NCBI RefSeq assembly: GCF_009914755.1
Contig: NC_060945.1
Direction: 5' to 3' (one strand)
DNA length: 64,000 nucleotides
Origin: the human T2T-CHM13v2.0 reference genome, Homo sapiens
Position 1 is the first letter of the stretch. Each line of letters starts with the position of its first letter. Positions 1 through 16,175 of the stretch are shown here, piece after piece. The notes beneath the pieces are model-generated. The model saw only the letters and a list, made by a program, of their open reading frames with translations, was not told the DNA's origin and did no database searches. The translations under genes were made by a program, and so were the position numbers.

Positions 1-461
1 AGAGTATTACAATTTCATGGATGATTACAAATACTTTTTTGGAAAAACTATAGAAGTTTGACCTTTTGAAACAAAATGTTAGATTTGCAAAGAAGTTGAA
101 AAGCCACTAATTTTAAATGTAAGGAATGACTGAATTACCTTTGCAAGATATTTGCAAAGAAGAATTGATATTGCCTGACCTTTCTAGTGAGTAACATAAC
201 CCCGAGAGACTAACTGGACTACCTTTGGTCAGATGACAGAAGTTAGCAGTTATCAAATGAGTCAAAATCTGTGTTTTCACAACTTTTTTGTTTCTCTACA
301 AGGTTCTAATTTTAGAAACATCATAAAACCAAATGAGGCAATTACAAATTAACTTTTCTTCAGATTTTTTAAACCTATTATGAATTTTAGTTAAGTTTAA
401 GTTAATTTATTGCAACTTCCATGCTTGTTATTTATTTTTTAATTGATTTTCTTATTGAAGA

Positions 462-600
462 AATGTTAATTGAGTGATTACTCTATGCCTGGTGTTAGGG
501 GTCAAATAGTGAATCAAACAGATAAAAACTTTACCAATGTAGGGTTTACTCTCATGTGAAGAAAAGACAGTTCACAGATAAATAAATAGAGTGACTATCA
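462..600 (-). mobile_element. L2 LINE 3' fragment
   Basis: aattgagtgattactctatgcctggtgttagggg...gtgaatcaaacaga resembles the reverse complement of the L2 3' end; heavily diverged. Confidence 0.5.
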
Positions 601-734
601 ATTGTGTTAGTTTTATACATGCAACATGTAAGGGCTTAAGGTAACTATAACTACAAAAATTGATTGAATTTGTATCATATACCAGGCACTATCTTAAATG
701 CACTGTTGTATTTAATTCTCATAACAGCCTTGTT

Positions 735-1360
735 TGAGTTTTGTTTTACTCCAAAACAATCCTTGGTTTTGGCAATTCACTAGAAAAACTCAGAGGACTC
801 AGAAAGCCTGTGGTATTTATGGATACTGTTCATTCAGGGAAAAGATACAGATCAAAAGGGCAAAGGGAAATGGCAGATGGGGCAAATAGAAGCCAGACAT
901 ACATTTCTTAGTGTCTCTTTCCAGTGTAATGACACTAGGACACACTTAATTTTCCCCTAAATGATGAATGACAGCACATGCAAAGTGCTGTCCACTAGAG
1001 TAGTTCCTCTGAGCTTGGGTGTCCAGAAGTTTTATCAGAGTCCCTTACCTAAGCATTTAGCACCCTCTAGACTGATTGAGCTACTCACTCCAGCCTCCTT
1101 CCAGAGCAAAAACAGATGTTCACATTAAATCACATGGTTTATCCAACTGCTACTCTGACCAAAGGCCTCAGGCATGCAAGTACTGGTGGCCAACATAAAT
1201 ACAGTGTGGCCCAGGGCCTCAAGCATACATAACCACGCATACTCTTACCAGGGAGAATATTCTAAGGAATAGGTTGTCTCTGAAAAGTCAACCAATTCTT
1301 TCTTTGGAATGTGCAGAGTTGGGGTAACCGAGGCCTGCTCATTTTTTACCTATTCCACCC
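735..1360 (-). mobile_element. ERVL LTR, MER77-like (MER21/MER68 group)
   Basis: Blocks attcactagaaaaactcagaggactcagaaagc, ccagagcaaaaacagatgttcacattaaatcacat and ttctttggaatgtgcagagtt match the remembered MER77-type LTR in reverse orientation. Confidence 0.7.
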
Positions 1361-2670
<1,310 letters not shown>

Positions 2671-5363
2671 CTGTATACAAATATTTAAATATTTTACCAT
2701 AACCTGCTGACTACCCTTCTCTAAGTATTGCTTTATCTCCAAATTATGCTATTAGTTTTGTTGTTTTATGTCCTTTCTCTTTCTTTTATGTGATTAACCT
2801 TTATGTAAATGGCTTTCTAGATTTTTTTAGTTGTGTTTTGGGGGTGATCTGGGAATTACTACTGGGTGAGTGGGTGGGAATTAAAGTGAACGTTCTTGTG
2901 TTGTTTGCAGAGAGGACTGCCAGTTTTCTCTCTCTCTCTCTCACTCTCCCCTTGAAATCTATTGTGCTTTATTATCAGATCGCTAAAAATTTTAGCCATG
3001 ATTAGATGTAGATTTTGAAGAAAAAAAGGATAATCCAGTATCTCTGTTTACTTCTATATAATGGTTTACTCTTTGGTTTTAGTTTGAATAGCATAAAAGA
3101 GATATTTATAATATATTTTTCTTAAAATTTTATAAGCTTGAACTTCAGGAAACAGAAAAAAAGAGCACAGTTACCTAAAGTAAGCATAATAAAACAAATA
3201 CATCAATGAAATTTAAAACAGGAAATCAAGAGAGAAAAATCAATGTTTAATAAGATTAGATAAGAGTACTAAGATTGACAAACTTCGTTCCATTCAGGGT
3301 TCCTCAGAAAATAGAAAAAAGAAACAGATGATTGATATCAGGAATGAAAGTGGAGGCATCACTACAGATCTTATGGACATTAAAATCATAAAGGAATATT
3401 GTAAAAATTATCTGCTTACGAATTTTATAACCTACACAGAACACACCAATTCCTTGAATGACACAATCTTCCAGAACTCACAAAAGAAACAGATTATCTG
3501 ACTAGGCCCTTATTAAATAAATTGAATCCGTAAGTAATACAAAATAGAGAGTGCCAATCCCATATAAGTTCATGGGTGAATTATACCAAACATTGAAGGA
3601 AGTAATTACACTAATTCTCCATAATCTCTTTCAAAGTATAGAAGCAGAGGGAATCCATCCTAACTAATTATATATGGTCAGCATTACCCTAATACTAAAT
3701 TACATGAAGATATTATAAGAAAAAAAACTACAGTCCAACATAGCGCATAAACATAGACGCAAAAATCCTCAACAAAATATTAGCAAATAGCATCCAACAA
3801 TATATAAAAATATTTTTACTTTACAACCGAGTGGGACTTACTCCGGGTGTGTAAGTCTGGTTCAACATTTGAAAATCAATGATTACATTTCCTCATATCA
3901 GCAGGCTAAAGAAGGAAAACACAGGATCCTAGATACAGAAAAAAAATCTAATAAAATCCAACACCCATTCATGATAATAATTCTCAGCAAACAAACAATA
4001 GAGGGTAACTTCATCAGCTTGATAAAGAACATCTACCAAAACCTACAGCTAACACCATACTTGGTGTTAAATTAGAGCCTTCCCATTAAGATTCGGGAGT
4101 AAGCTCAGGATACCCCTTCTCATTAGCGCTTTTCATCATTGTACTGGAAGTCCTTGCTATGCAATAAAAAAATAGAAGAAAGGAAAAGACATACAGACTG
4201 GAAAGGAATAAATAAAACTGTCTTTCTTCACAGATGACAGGGGTGTTTATTTAAAAAATCCAAAGAATCAGCAACAGAAACAACAAAAGCTTTCTAGAAT
4301 TAATAAGCAATTATAGCAACGTTGAAGATTATAAGGTTAATGTGTGTCAATTACTTTCTTACATATTAGCAATAACCAAATAAAATTTGAAACTAAAACA
4401 CATTACTATATTAATACTTTCCAAAATGAAATATTAGAGTATAAATCTAAAAAAGTCTAAGAGCCATATGAAGACAACTACAAAACTATGATGAATGATA
4501 TCAAAGAAGAACTAAATAAATTCAGATACATTCTTAGCTTACGTGTAGGAAATCTGAATATTGTCAGGATGCCAGTTTTTTCCGACTTTATCTATAGATT
4601 CAACATAATCTCAATAAAATCTTAGCAAGTTACTCTGTAGCTATCAAGAAATGGATAGCTAAAGTTCATGTGGAGAGGCAAAAGACCCAGAATGACCAAT
4701 TCAATATTGAAGCAGAAGAACAAAGTTGGAAGACTCCATTATTAGACTTTAAGATTTACTATCTATCTGCAGTACAGACAGTGTTGTTTTGAGAAGAGGA
4801 TACACAAATAGATCAATGAAACCGAGTAGAGATTCCAGAAGTAGACCCACATCATTATAGTCAGCTGATCTTTGATAAAGGAGCAAAGGTAATATACTGG
4901 AACAAATACAGTTTTTACAACAAATGATATGGGAGCAACTAGATATCCACTTGCAAAAACTGAATCTAGACAACGACCATAAATCCTTCACAAAAATTAA
5001 TTCAAAATGGATCGATCATAGCCCTACATATAAAATGTAAATCTATAAAACTCATAGAAAGAAGATAACAGGATAAGATCTACATGACCTTGTGCATCAT
5101 AATGACATTTTAGGTACACCAAAGGCACAATCTGTGAAAGAAATATTTGATAATCTGGACTTCATTACAATTGAAAATTATTTCTCTTGAAAGACCCTGT
5201 CAGGAGAATGAGAAGTGAAGCCACAGACTGAGAAAAAAATATTTGCACAAGATACATCTGATAAAGAATTGTTATCCAAAATATACAAATAACTCTTAAA
5301 ATTCAACAATAAGAAAATCAATAACTTGATTAAAAATGGTCAAAACCCTGAGCAGACACCTCA

Positions 5364-5685
<322 letters not shown>

Positions 5686-6305
5686 AAAATATACAGACAG
5701 CAAATAAGCATATGAAAAGATATTCAACATTATATGTCATTAGAGAATTATAAATTAAAACAATGAGATACCACAGCACCCTTATTATAGTGGCCAAAAT
5801 CCAAAACACTTGACAACAAAAAGTGCTAGTGAGGGTGTGGAACAAGATGAACATTCATTCATTGGTGGCGTGAATGGAAAATAGTACAGCCACTTTGGAA
5901 AACTGCTTGGGACTTTCTTACAAAACTAAGCATATTCTTAATATATGATCCAGCAGTTTTACTCCTTGGTATTACCCATATTAATTAAAAACTTGTGGCT
6001 GCACAAAAACCTACGTGTGAACATTTATAGTGACTTTATTTAGGATGTCCTGTAGATTAATTAGTAAATGGTAATACATCCAGATAATGGAATATTATTC
6101 AGCACCAAAAAGAAATGAGCAGTCAAATAATGAAAAGTCATGGAGGAAACTTAAGTGCATATTACCAAGTAAAGAAGCCAATCTGAAAAGACTACCTACA
6201 TATGATTCCAAGTATATGAGACTCTAGAAAAGGCGAAACTCTGGAGACAGCAAAATGATCAGTGGTTTCCAGGGTTTGCAAGGGAAAGGATGAACAAGGG
6301 GAACA

Positions 6306-6389
6306 CAGAGGCTATTTAGGGCAGTGGAATTACTCTGTTTGATACTTCAGAGGCTATTTAGGGCAGTGGAATTACTCTGTTTGATACTT
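6306..6389 (+). repeat. Perfect 42-bp tandem duplication
   Basis: cagaggctatttagggcagtggaattactctgtttgatactt at 6306-6347 and 6348-6389. Confidence 0.97.
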
Positions 6390-7039
6390 AAGTGGTGGAA
6401 ACACATGTCATTACATGTTTACCAAAATCCATGGAATATATATTCTGAGTGAACCTTAATGTAAGCCATAGACTTTGCATGTTGTTGATGTATCAATGTA
6501 GGTTCATCAATTGTAACAAATGCATCACTGTGGCATAGGGTGTTCCTAGAGGGGGGAAGGCTGTGCTTGGTGTGGGGACAGGGCTATATGGGAACTCTCT
6601 GCACTTTCTTGTCAGCTTTGCTGTGAACTTGAAACAGCTCTGAAAAATCACATTTATTGATTGCTAAAAAAAAAATGTTACGAGTTGTGAACTTCTGCCT
6701 TTCATTTAAAGGGTTTTGGAAACACTTTTCAGCTTTAAATTTGATATTGTAATAGATTACACAGTCAATTAGACAAGGGTGTGGTAATACATTTATAATG
6801 TGATACTTTCAGCCACTGTTATGATTAATTGCCATGCATTAAACATTGGCTGAGAAATGACACTTGAAAATGATGATGGGATTATTACTATTAAGCAGGT
6901 TCTAAGCTGGGGTATGACAAGGACTTGTAGCATGTTTTCTTAAGGAACTATTCCAAACTACAAATGCCTATGCAGCAATGTTCAGTAAAAGATGAAGCAT
7001 ATACAATTTAGAAAAAAAATTAGTTAGAACTAAACTGTA

Positions 7040-7245
7040 ATGAACACTCATGTTTGCTAGGCACTGATAGTAAGAGGATTTGCATGAATAATGTTATTTA
7101 ATCCTTCCTTTATCTCTATTTGGTAGGGTATATTTTGTCTTGGTCTGATATTGAGAAAACTGTGAGGTACTCAGAGGTAAATAAATTGCTCTAAGTCACA
7201 CAGAAAATGTTGAAGTCAGGTGTCAAATGGTCTCGCCTCTGGAGT
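7040..7245 (-). mobile_element. MIR
   Basis: gagaaaactgtgaggtactcagaggtaaataaattgctctaagtcacacag is the reverse MIR core. Confidence 0.7.
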
Positions 7246-9640
7246 GTACCTTGTAGCAATTTTCTCATACTGGTTCCCACTTTGCTGTGTTGTTTTTCTT
7301 AACCACCCTTGACTGCCACAGACTGGAATAGCGAGGGCACTGAGTTTTGAAGAAAATATTTGATGCTACCATTTTTCGAGGTCAGTAGGCATCTGACAAG
7401 ATTGGTGGGCAAAGAAACAAAACAATAAGGAATATTTTGAAAATCTTTTCTATAGCTAAAAGGTAGTAGAGTACAGTTGATTGAATTACAACACAGGATA
7501 AATTTATTGTACTCGAGAATGCTAATGGGGATAGAATCAAAGGTCAATATTCAATCAACAGAATTATTTTTTTTCGCTTGGTAGGTTAAATGGAAGGAAT
7601 TATGCTTATTAGTATAGTGCTATAGCTTGCACATTATTTATATTTCCAAATTGCAAGAACTTCAGTCCCTTATGTTTTAAAAAGCCTAATCACTGTAAGC
7701 AAAATAAATAAATTTTATGTCTTTTATCCTCAAATAACCTTAATAAATCAGCATAACACACATGGGCTGTGGCTTTTCCACATTTTGACTTTTTTCCTCA
7801 TCAAATATAGATCGTATTTTTTTTTCCTTTTTTTTCTGTGTAGTCCCCTATTTAATGGGCATTTGTTTCCAATTGTTTTCTGACAGAGGAATGACAATAT
7901 CATCAGTTTGGTAAATTAAGAGGAAAAAATAACAGATTTTCACATACTGGAACCTCAGGCCAAAAATTTTAAAAAAGTTTTTAGATGCACTAGTACCACC
8001 CTTATTTAAGAATATTATAATATTTGTAAGATTTTACAAACCTTTAAACCATAAAATGAACTTCCTTAGACATGTGTTTCATTTTGACCTAACATGTTTG
8101 AATCATGAGGAGATTTTTTTAAATGTCTTTTTTCCTAAACTTTTTATTCTAGTCATGTGCCATCTGTAAGTCTGAAAAGTTCTGTAAAATGACACTTTAA
8201 AATAACTCTTTCTTAGCATATACTTTACATGTACATTGCATATTGCATAGTTTTAGTCATATATAACTATATAATCACTTGATTGCCATTTATAAAGTTT
8301 GGCATAATTATATGTGAGAAGCAAGTGCATTGGTTTAAAAGTATTTCAGCCTTTAACTGGATAAAGTGTTTTCTCTTACTTACTAAATGACACTATCAAT
8401 TTTATCTAGAGCTGCAGGCGATTCATTAATACTTTAGTCATTGAATATATGACATTTAAAATATCTAACTGAAAATTGGACACATATACTGCATCAAACA
8501 TGCTATTGGCTGAGATTTTTCTTAAAATTTACGGACATCTGTAGTCTCTTCACATATACTTCTCAACTTATTTTCCAAATGTATATTTTATAAAGAAGAA
8601 CTACTAAAGAAATAAATTAGAAAATAAAATATTTTTGTTTATTTCACTTTTCCTGTTTGATCTTTTACTGCTTTAAAAATTTACCCTGTAATATTATTTA
8701 TGAGACTCAATAAGGGTGGACTTGACTAATAGTTATAGTGTGAAATGTATCTTCACTTCTTGCAAGGGACTTTGAGAGTGCAGAGTATTGTAAATAATTA
8801 ATGTAACATTATGCCTGAAGCATAGAGGGTATTCAAATGTTGTAGAAATGAATTAGAAAAATTATTCCTTTTTTTGTGTATTTAGTAACACACAAGAAAA
8901 TTTAACTACTGATGGTAGAAAGATATCCCAGGGAATTATATGTAGTTAGTCGCTAATTCATTGGTGTTCATTGGAAAGAAAGTGGACAATGTTCAATGGA
9001 ATTAAATGTGACAAGTAATGTTATGAAGAGTTATGTATAGTATTATACTTCAGAGCAGTTGCATTTCAGAGTAATACAGACTTGCTTAGAGGCACATTAA
9101 TAGACTTTTTTTTCCGTTTCATTTATAAGGTTGTCAATAGCAATGAACCTTGTATTTAGTTAGAAGTGTACTACAGCAGTGAAGTCTGAAATAATGTATT
9201 TTCTGCACCTTCACTTAGTGAACCTTGAAAGACAGAGTAGTGAATGACCATGAGAGTATTCTTATGGAACATGCTAAACTGAGTTTATTTAGTTGTTTCC
9301 ATAGATTTCCTTAGGGTAAGGCAAGAACTTATCTCTAAAGGAAATGCCATAAAACCTCTTTTGAGAGAGGCATAGACAGTTGGATGTAAATACACTCATA
9401 TCCTGCTGTATTAAATCCTGAATCATCCTACATCTTTGGAATAACGATTAGCATGCTTAGATAAATAAACATCCCAGATGCGCTGCAAACTGTCATATAT
9501 GTCATTTTTTATCAATGAGACCTTTGATGAAAATTGAGGCTACAGCATAAAGATTCTGTGTGGCATAATTAGCATACCCAGAGGCTTGAAGGGTTGCAAG
9601 ACCTAGGATTGGCATACAGGTGTGAAAATTAGAGGTTTAA

Positions 9641-10022
<382 letters not shown>

Positions 10023-10334
10023 TAAAACACAAGATGCCTAGTTAAATTTAAATTTCCGATATGTGATGAATGCTTTCTTTGAACAGTATAAGTGTCTTTC
10101 ACGCAATATTTGGAACATATTTCTAGGAAAAAATATTAGTTTTTATCTGAAAAACAAATTGAACTGGATATCCTGTATTTTCTCTAGCAAGCCTATAGTG
10201 AGACAGCTTGGGACAGACAAGGATCAGCATCATTTTTGCCACATGACTAGTGCTGTCTAAGGGATAATGAATTTCCCACAGACTATGTTTCTGGAAGGCA
10301 ATAAGTATAAATTTTATTTTTAAATTGAATTATA

Positions 10335-11520
10335 ACAGGAAATATTTGCTGAGTGCCTACTTGATATAAGAAATCCTGTTAGGTGCTTGTCAGGGAACAA
10401 ATAAAATTACTGCCTTTAGGGAGAAAACAAGTTTAGCTAGGAGACAGGAAATTAAAAAAAAATAAATAAATACCAATAATACAATTACAAATAAAGAAAA
10501 TTGTTATGAGAAAAGAGAGCTATCTTTAAATAGAAAGGCCAGGGAAGGGTTAACTGAGAGGATATGTTTTGAGCTGAGGAGTGAAGATAAAGAATGATCT
10601 GAGATAGTCATGTCCAAAGCTAAGAAAAGAGCTTTCTAAGGAGTGGGAATCTATACATAATAATACCGTAAATCAAGAAAGAACTTGACATGGAGCGTAA
10701 TGGATAATTATTTCTAGAACATAGTGAAAAATTATATAGATCCTTGCAAGTCACAGTAATAAAGTTTTTTTTTCTTTAAAAAGAAAAAGGATGGCTTGAA
10801 ACAGAAAAATAACATAATTTGATATGTCTTTTGAGATGAGTCTGGTTAACAGAATAGATGGTAGAAGAGCAAGATCACAAACTGGGAAACAAGTCAAGAT
10901 GTAAATTCAGTAATCCGGGGTCAGTGGGTGGGGAAGGCTGATGATGGTAGACTTGAAAAACTAGGGTGGTGGCCGGGTACCGTGGCTCACGCCTGTAATT
11001 CCAGCAGTTTGGGAGGCCGAGCCAGGAAGATCATGAGGACAAGAGATCGAGACCATCCTGGCCAACATGGTGAAACCCTGTCTCTACTAAAAATACAAAA
11101 ATTATCTGGGCATGGTGGCATGCACCTGTCTTCCCAGCTACTCAGGAGGCTGAGGCAGGACAATCACTTGAACCTGGGAGGTGGAGGTTGCAGCAGGCTG
11201 AGATCGCGCCACTGCACTCCAGCCTGGGCTACAGAGCGAGACTCCGTCTCAAAAAAAATAAAAAAAAATAAAATAATAAAACAGGGTGGTAACATTAAAG
11301 ATAGCAAGAAGTGGATTAATTTAAGGTTTGCTTTGGAATTAGTGAGGAGGGCATGTAGAAACCGTTAAGGGTTTAGTTGTTAGGTCTGATAGAAAATGAG
11401 AATGAATCAGGCTGATTCTGTATTTTAGCTGAGAGTACCTAGTGTATTTATTCAGAGAAGGAAGCCATGGAGAGAAGAGATTTGTGAAGTAAAATTCAGT
11501 GTTAGTGATCAGTAGTGACA
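10335..11520 (-). mobile_element. L2 LINE fragment, interrupted by AluSc
   Basis: atttgctgagtgcctact...ttaggtgctt is the reverse L2 3' end, followed by purine-rich L2-type sequence (tttgagctgaggagtgaaga, gattaatttaaggtttgctttgga). Confidence 0.6.
10971..11280 (+). mobile_element. AluSc
   Basis: Diagnostic aagagatcgagaccatcctggccaacatgg; A tail; TSD aaaac(t)agggtggt. Confidence 0.96.
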
Positions 11521-13389
11521 AACTGATTTGTACTGTGGTAGGTATACACATTACTTCTGGATAGATTCCTAAAATGAATAACCTAACATTTCCATCTGAT
11601 CCCCAAAACAACCAATTTTATGTGTTTAACCTTTTGTTTCCTTCCTTGTCCCCAGAAGACTAATTCTCTGCAGAAAATGTGGTTTAAAACAGAAATGCCT
11701 GCATTAACTTTCACTTTCAGAAACGTCCAGTATTTATTCTAAAAAAGTGCATTAGATGTTCTGTGAGTTACCAAGAATACAGAAAACTAAAAAGAAAGAA
11801 AGGAAAAAGAAAGAAAAGCATTAGGGTAGCTGAGATACCACTGTGACAAACTGGGCTCTTTCAGTTAAGAGATAACACCTGTGAATTATTGGAAGCACTA
11901 GGCTATTTGTATTACTGTGTTACCATCTCTGAATCACTTGACTGGAACTCTTAGATCAAATCAATCATACATTATAAGCCTGTATTGATAACACAATGCC
12001 ATTTCCAATGTATTGGACCAAAAGTATCATCAGAATAATTCAGAAAAAAACATAAATACTGAGAAATGAGAGTGTCATAGCAACCATCTATATATAGTTG
12101 AAATATCCTCCTAATGGTGATGGATAATCATAACTGCATTTCCTTATTAACCATCTATCTTTCATATATATTGCTAATTTGGTGTTCTAACAAATTCTTG
12201 CCTAGTATCAATCTAGTTTTTACAAAATATTAACTCTAGAGTTTTTCTATGAAAATGTAAATGGATACTTGACACATTTATTACAATGTAACATAGATTA
12301 TTGAAACATGAACAAAATAAGAGTCAAAATATTTTGAGGGAGAAATTAATAACATTTTAAGACAGTTTTTAAGTCAGAATATTTTAAAAGTGTTTTTTTT
12401 GAATTTTGTTTTCCATCAGGAATGTTTGAAGTTATTTCCTAAATAAAAATATTATATATTTCATTTTCCATGTTAAATACAATCAGGAAATTAAAGCAAA
12501 GTTTTGTTTAAATCAGCATTTATCTGTACTAGAGAATTGCTGTACTAGTTGCTTATGGCTCAGGATTATAGAACTGTTTGTTGATGGAATAGTTAAAAAA
12601 AAAAGGCAAAAAGAAAACAACAAAGACTGGAAGTTGAAATCTCCTAACAGACATACCTATTATAACCAAAAATTACACCTAAATATAAATGTCTAGCCTG
12701 TATTCAATATCAATGCCTATTTACTTAGAACATTTATAGTTACTTTATTGGATCAACTATACTTAATTTATTCTGTAAAGGCAATTTCAGCCACATTTTA
12801 AAAAGTAAGAAAGAGAATATATTGTAGGAGCAATTGTGAAAGTTATCTCCCAGTGAACTTTTTTTATTCAAGAAATCTTTAGATACAGCAGAAACTTAAA
12901 TGAAAATCGTGTGTAGATCCTATGTTTACTAATTCAGTGCTAGCAAATTATGTCCTACAAATAAATCAGTGTTAAACCCTGTTTGTTATTTTCTTTTGTA
13001 TTTACTATAACTACTTTCTAAATATGTATTTGCTTAAAGATTTCACCCATCATATATCTCTGACTCAAAATCCATATTTATTCATTATCTTTAAAAGTGC
13101 ATTTGCAGATTGTCTAGAAACATACTATTACATGCTTCATTGGGTTTTTATAAACAGTTTTAGAAATATTTATTAATTAGCATTACCAAATGCACCTGAA
13201 ATGCTCACCATTTCCCATGAACGACAACCAATTATAAGTGAATTATAGTGTTTTTATTGCATAGTCATCTATGAATAGCACATGTCACATATATATATTT
13301 AAAGTCAGTAAAGTGAAAGGAAGCCATGTATGACATTAATTTTTAATGAAATCCTTATTTTATAAAAAGTAATGCCATGTTAACATGTG

Positions 13390-13538
13390 TTCCTTTCCCT
13401 TTCCATTTCTCACCTACTCTCTTTCTCTCCCCTCTCCTTCTCTTTTTTCCCTCCCTCTCTCCCTCCTTTCCCTTCCCCTCTCTTCTCATCCCCTGCCCTC
13501 CCCACTCTCCTCTCTTTCTTCCTTCCTTTCTTCCTTCC
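13390..13538 (+). repeat. Polypyrimidine (CT-rich) low-complexity tract
   Basis: About 150 nt almost entirely C/T, ending in (TTCC)/(TTTC) units. Confidence 0.9.
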
Positions 13539-15564
13539 AACAATGAACTGGACACTTTCCTCTCAATGAAATGAATTGCACTTTATCTTCCTTGTTGTAT
13601 TGACCATAACTGCTTTTGCCATGGGACAATGTTAATTATAGGTAAGTTTATAAAATAAAAATAGAATATTTTGTTTGATAATGTCTGTCACATATTTTAT
13701 AAAAACAGTTTATATATTTTTATATTTGATTTTAGATGGAATAGGAATTAAGGTCTGTTTTAATGTCATTGCATTGAAATTAATAATTTAAGTTGAAAGT
13801 AATTTTGTCTGATTAACTTAAACACAAGGGTATTGACAATTAGTTACAAAATAAAAACAATTTATTGCTGTTTTCTTCTTACAATGAAAAACATTTCACA
13901 TTTTTTAAATCAAAGCAACTAATCTGGATGAATTAATTTATCTATATTTTTATTCCTTATAGAACAGTGATAAGGCTGAATTTCGTTGGTACTCTTGATT
14001 TTTCTTCTGCTAAAGTAAGAAGCAGAGAGAGAATTTGAGACAGAGCAATGGCTAGTTCAGCTAGTGGTAAATATAGTCACTACTGCCTTCTTTTAATTTT
14101 AATCCAAACATTCAGATTTTTAAGTTAATTTCTGATTGCTTCATATTTTCCTCTACAATTTTTAATTTTTATATAAATGGTTCACTCAGCAAAGCAAAAC
14201 CTTAATTTTCTGATTATTTTTCCAGAGAAGCAGATATTTTCTATGAAAGGAATTTAATACAAGAATATACTATACATTATGTTTATGCTATGAGCCAGAC
14301 ACTGAGGTGGAAAGAGATGAATTAGACATGCTTACTAACTTCATAGTCCAAGATCTCCATATCTGTATTTTTAATGTATGTTAGAATTAATAATATACCT
14401 TTACCTATATTAAATTATATAAGCTTTTATTCTAGTCTATATTACTTTACAGAAGTAGAAATCACTTAAAAGTATCATAATTACATTTTTAAAATAATAT
14501 ATTTTTAATATTTATTTTCTAAAAAATGATTACTATCACTACCTATGAAATGGTTCTCTTATGCTTGAGCTTCAGGCTTGAAGAGACTATACATTTTGGC
14601 AGTTCATCAGTATCAGATATTTGCATAGTACACGGTGAAATTTTCTCACAAAGGTGGTGTCTACCTTACAAGTCCATGAATTACTGAGGGTAGATTCAGA
14701 GATGAAAGCTCATAATATTCAAATGTTGTTCAGGCCAGAGGGGCTAACACATAAATTCTAATAATTATCAGAGCTTTCAGAGCTGCCTCTGAACTTTTAT
14801 GCAAGAGTTTCACGAAATTAAGGTTTGACATGAATTCTAATGAATTTAAGGTTAGGAGACTTTATATCTTAATGAATTTAAGATTTAAGATTCATTCTAA
14901 TGAATGAATGAATTTAAGCTTATGAACCTTTATATCTTAAACAAAGTAATAATTACCAGCTTTATCCTGATTTTTTTTTCAACAGCTACTTGGTAATGTC
15001 TACTAACTATATTTGCTGATTGTATTATTAAATTAATATTTTCTGATAGTCTACTTATTTCTTATGCTGTATATTTGAAAGCAGTACAAAGTCGAGTATA
15101 CCCGAAACAAATTGAATGTTTTGCCTAGATTTCTTTTTTTCCTCCCCTCATATACTGTTTTGCCTTAAGAAATTGTTTTCTTGGCATGAAATCACTAATC
15201 AGAAATTCCAGTCAATTCTAAAGTGACATTCTCCCCACATGCTATTGGTGTTAACTATAATTAATCCCAACAGCTGTTGTCTTCTTTTATGTGTGACATT
15301 TGTCAAGAAGTCATCCTCGTAGTGTCAGCTAATTATTTTGTATCCGGACTGTTTTATTCAAACTAGAAAATATATTTACTTCCTTATAGAAGTAAACATC
15401 TCTGGTTAATATATGTGTCATTTTCAAGGGTAATAGACAGTTGTTTTCAGGTCAGTTTTTGCAAGTGCAGATGTAGGACGTCATGGATTGACTCCGGTGT
15501 AAACTGCAGTGTCAGACATATCCCCAGGATGTAGCACAGTGTATCCACAGAGGGCGTACTCATC

Positions 15565-15945
15565 TGTTGTTTCAGTTTTCTATTGATGTGTAACAAAACA
15601 AAACTAAACTTGGTAGCTTAACAGAAAAACAATTCATTATTTCTCATAATTCTGTTGGTTGATTGAAAATTCTCTTTCATTGTCAACTGAACGCTGGACT
15701 GCCAGACAGTCCCAAATGGCCTCCCTGAAATGCCTGACTGTTGGTGCCACTTGCCATCTGGGAGATCAGCTGGAGCTTTTGAGCAGGACTTCATTTGTCC
15801 TTCCTCTTGGCTTCTCCTCATCACTACTTGGCCTTCCTCACAGACTGATGGCTACCATCCAACAAAGGACGTTCCAATGGGTGCTGAAAAGCTGTGTAAC
15901 TCTTAAGACCCAGACCTCAAAGTTACACAGTGTTACATTTTTCCA
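15565..15945 (-). mobile_element. MaLR LTR (MLT1F/G/H-like)
   Basis: tcagttttctattgatgtgtaacaaaac...ggtagcttaac...attcattatttctcataattctg and gacccagacctcaaagttacacagtgttac match a reverse MLT1 LTR. Confidence 0.7.
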
Positions 15946-15964
15946 ATAAAACAATTAAATAAAA

Positions 15965-16175
15965 AAATTAATTTTATGGATACATAATAGTTGTGCCTTT
16001 TATGCGATACATGTGATAAATTCTATTTAGATATTTTACCCATTTTTAATCAGATCTATTTGCTATTGAGTTGTTTGAGTTCCTTATATATTTTGATTAT
16101 GAATCTTTTGTCAGGTGAAGAGTTTGCAAATATTTTCTCCCATTTTATAGATTGTTTCCTCACTTTGTTAATTGT
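15965..16175 (-). mobile_element. L1MA fragment
   Basis: ttgctattgagttgtttgagttccttatatattttg...tttgcaaatattttctcccatt is the reverse L1 3' region. Confidence 0.8.

Noticed and set aside
640-652. gtaactataac resembling part of the I-CeuI/23S rRNA site
   Set aside because: Only about 10 bp match and no rRNA-like flanks; chance.
3869-4991. ORFs inside the L1MC, and likewise 60726-61840 in the L1PA copies
   Set aside because: Fragments of decayed L1 ORF2/3'UTR or their antisense; no intact ORF.
13355-13574. Three overlapping ORFs rich in F/S/P/L or E/G/R/K
   Set aside because: Artefact of the stop-free polypyrimidine tract.
13963-14014. + strand exon-like segment (TVIRLNFVGTLDFSSAK, gtaaga donor) and a similar one near 14577-14654
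   Set aside because: Mediocre splice sites, unrecognised peptides and no linking evidence; within the pseudo-exon background.
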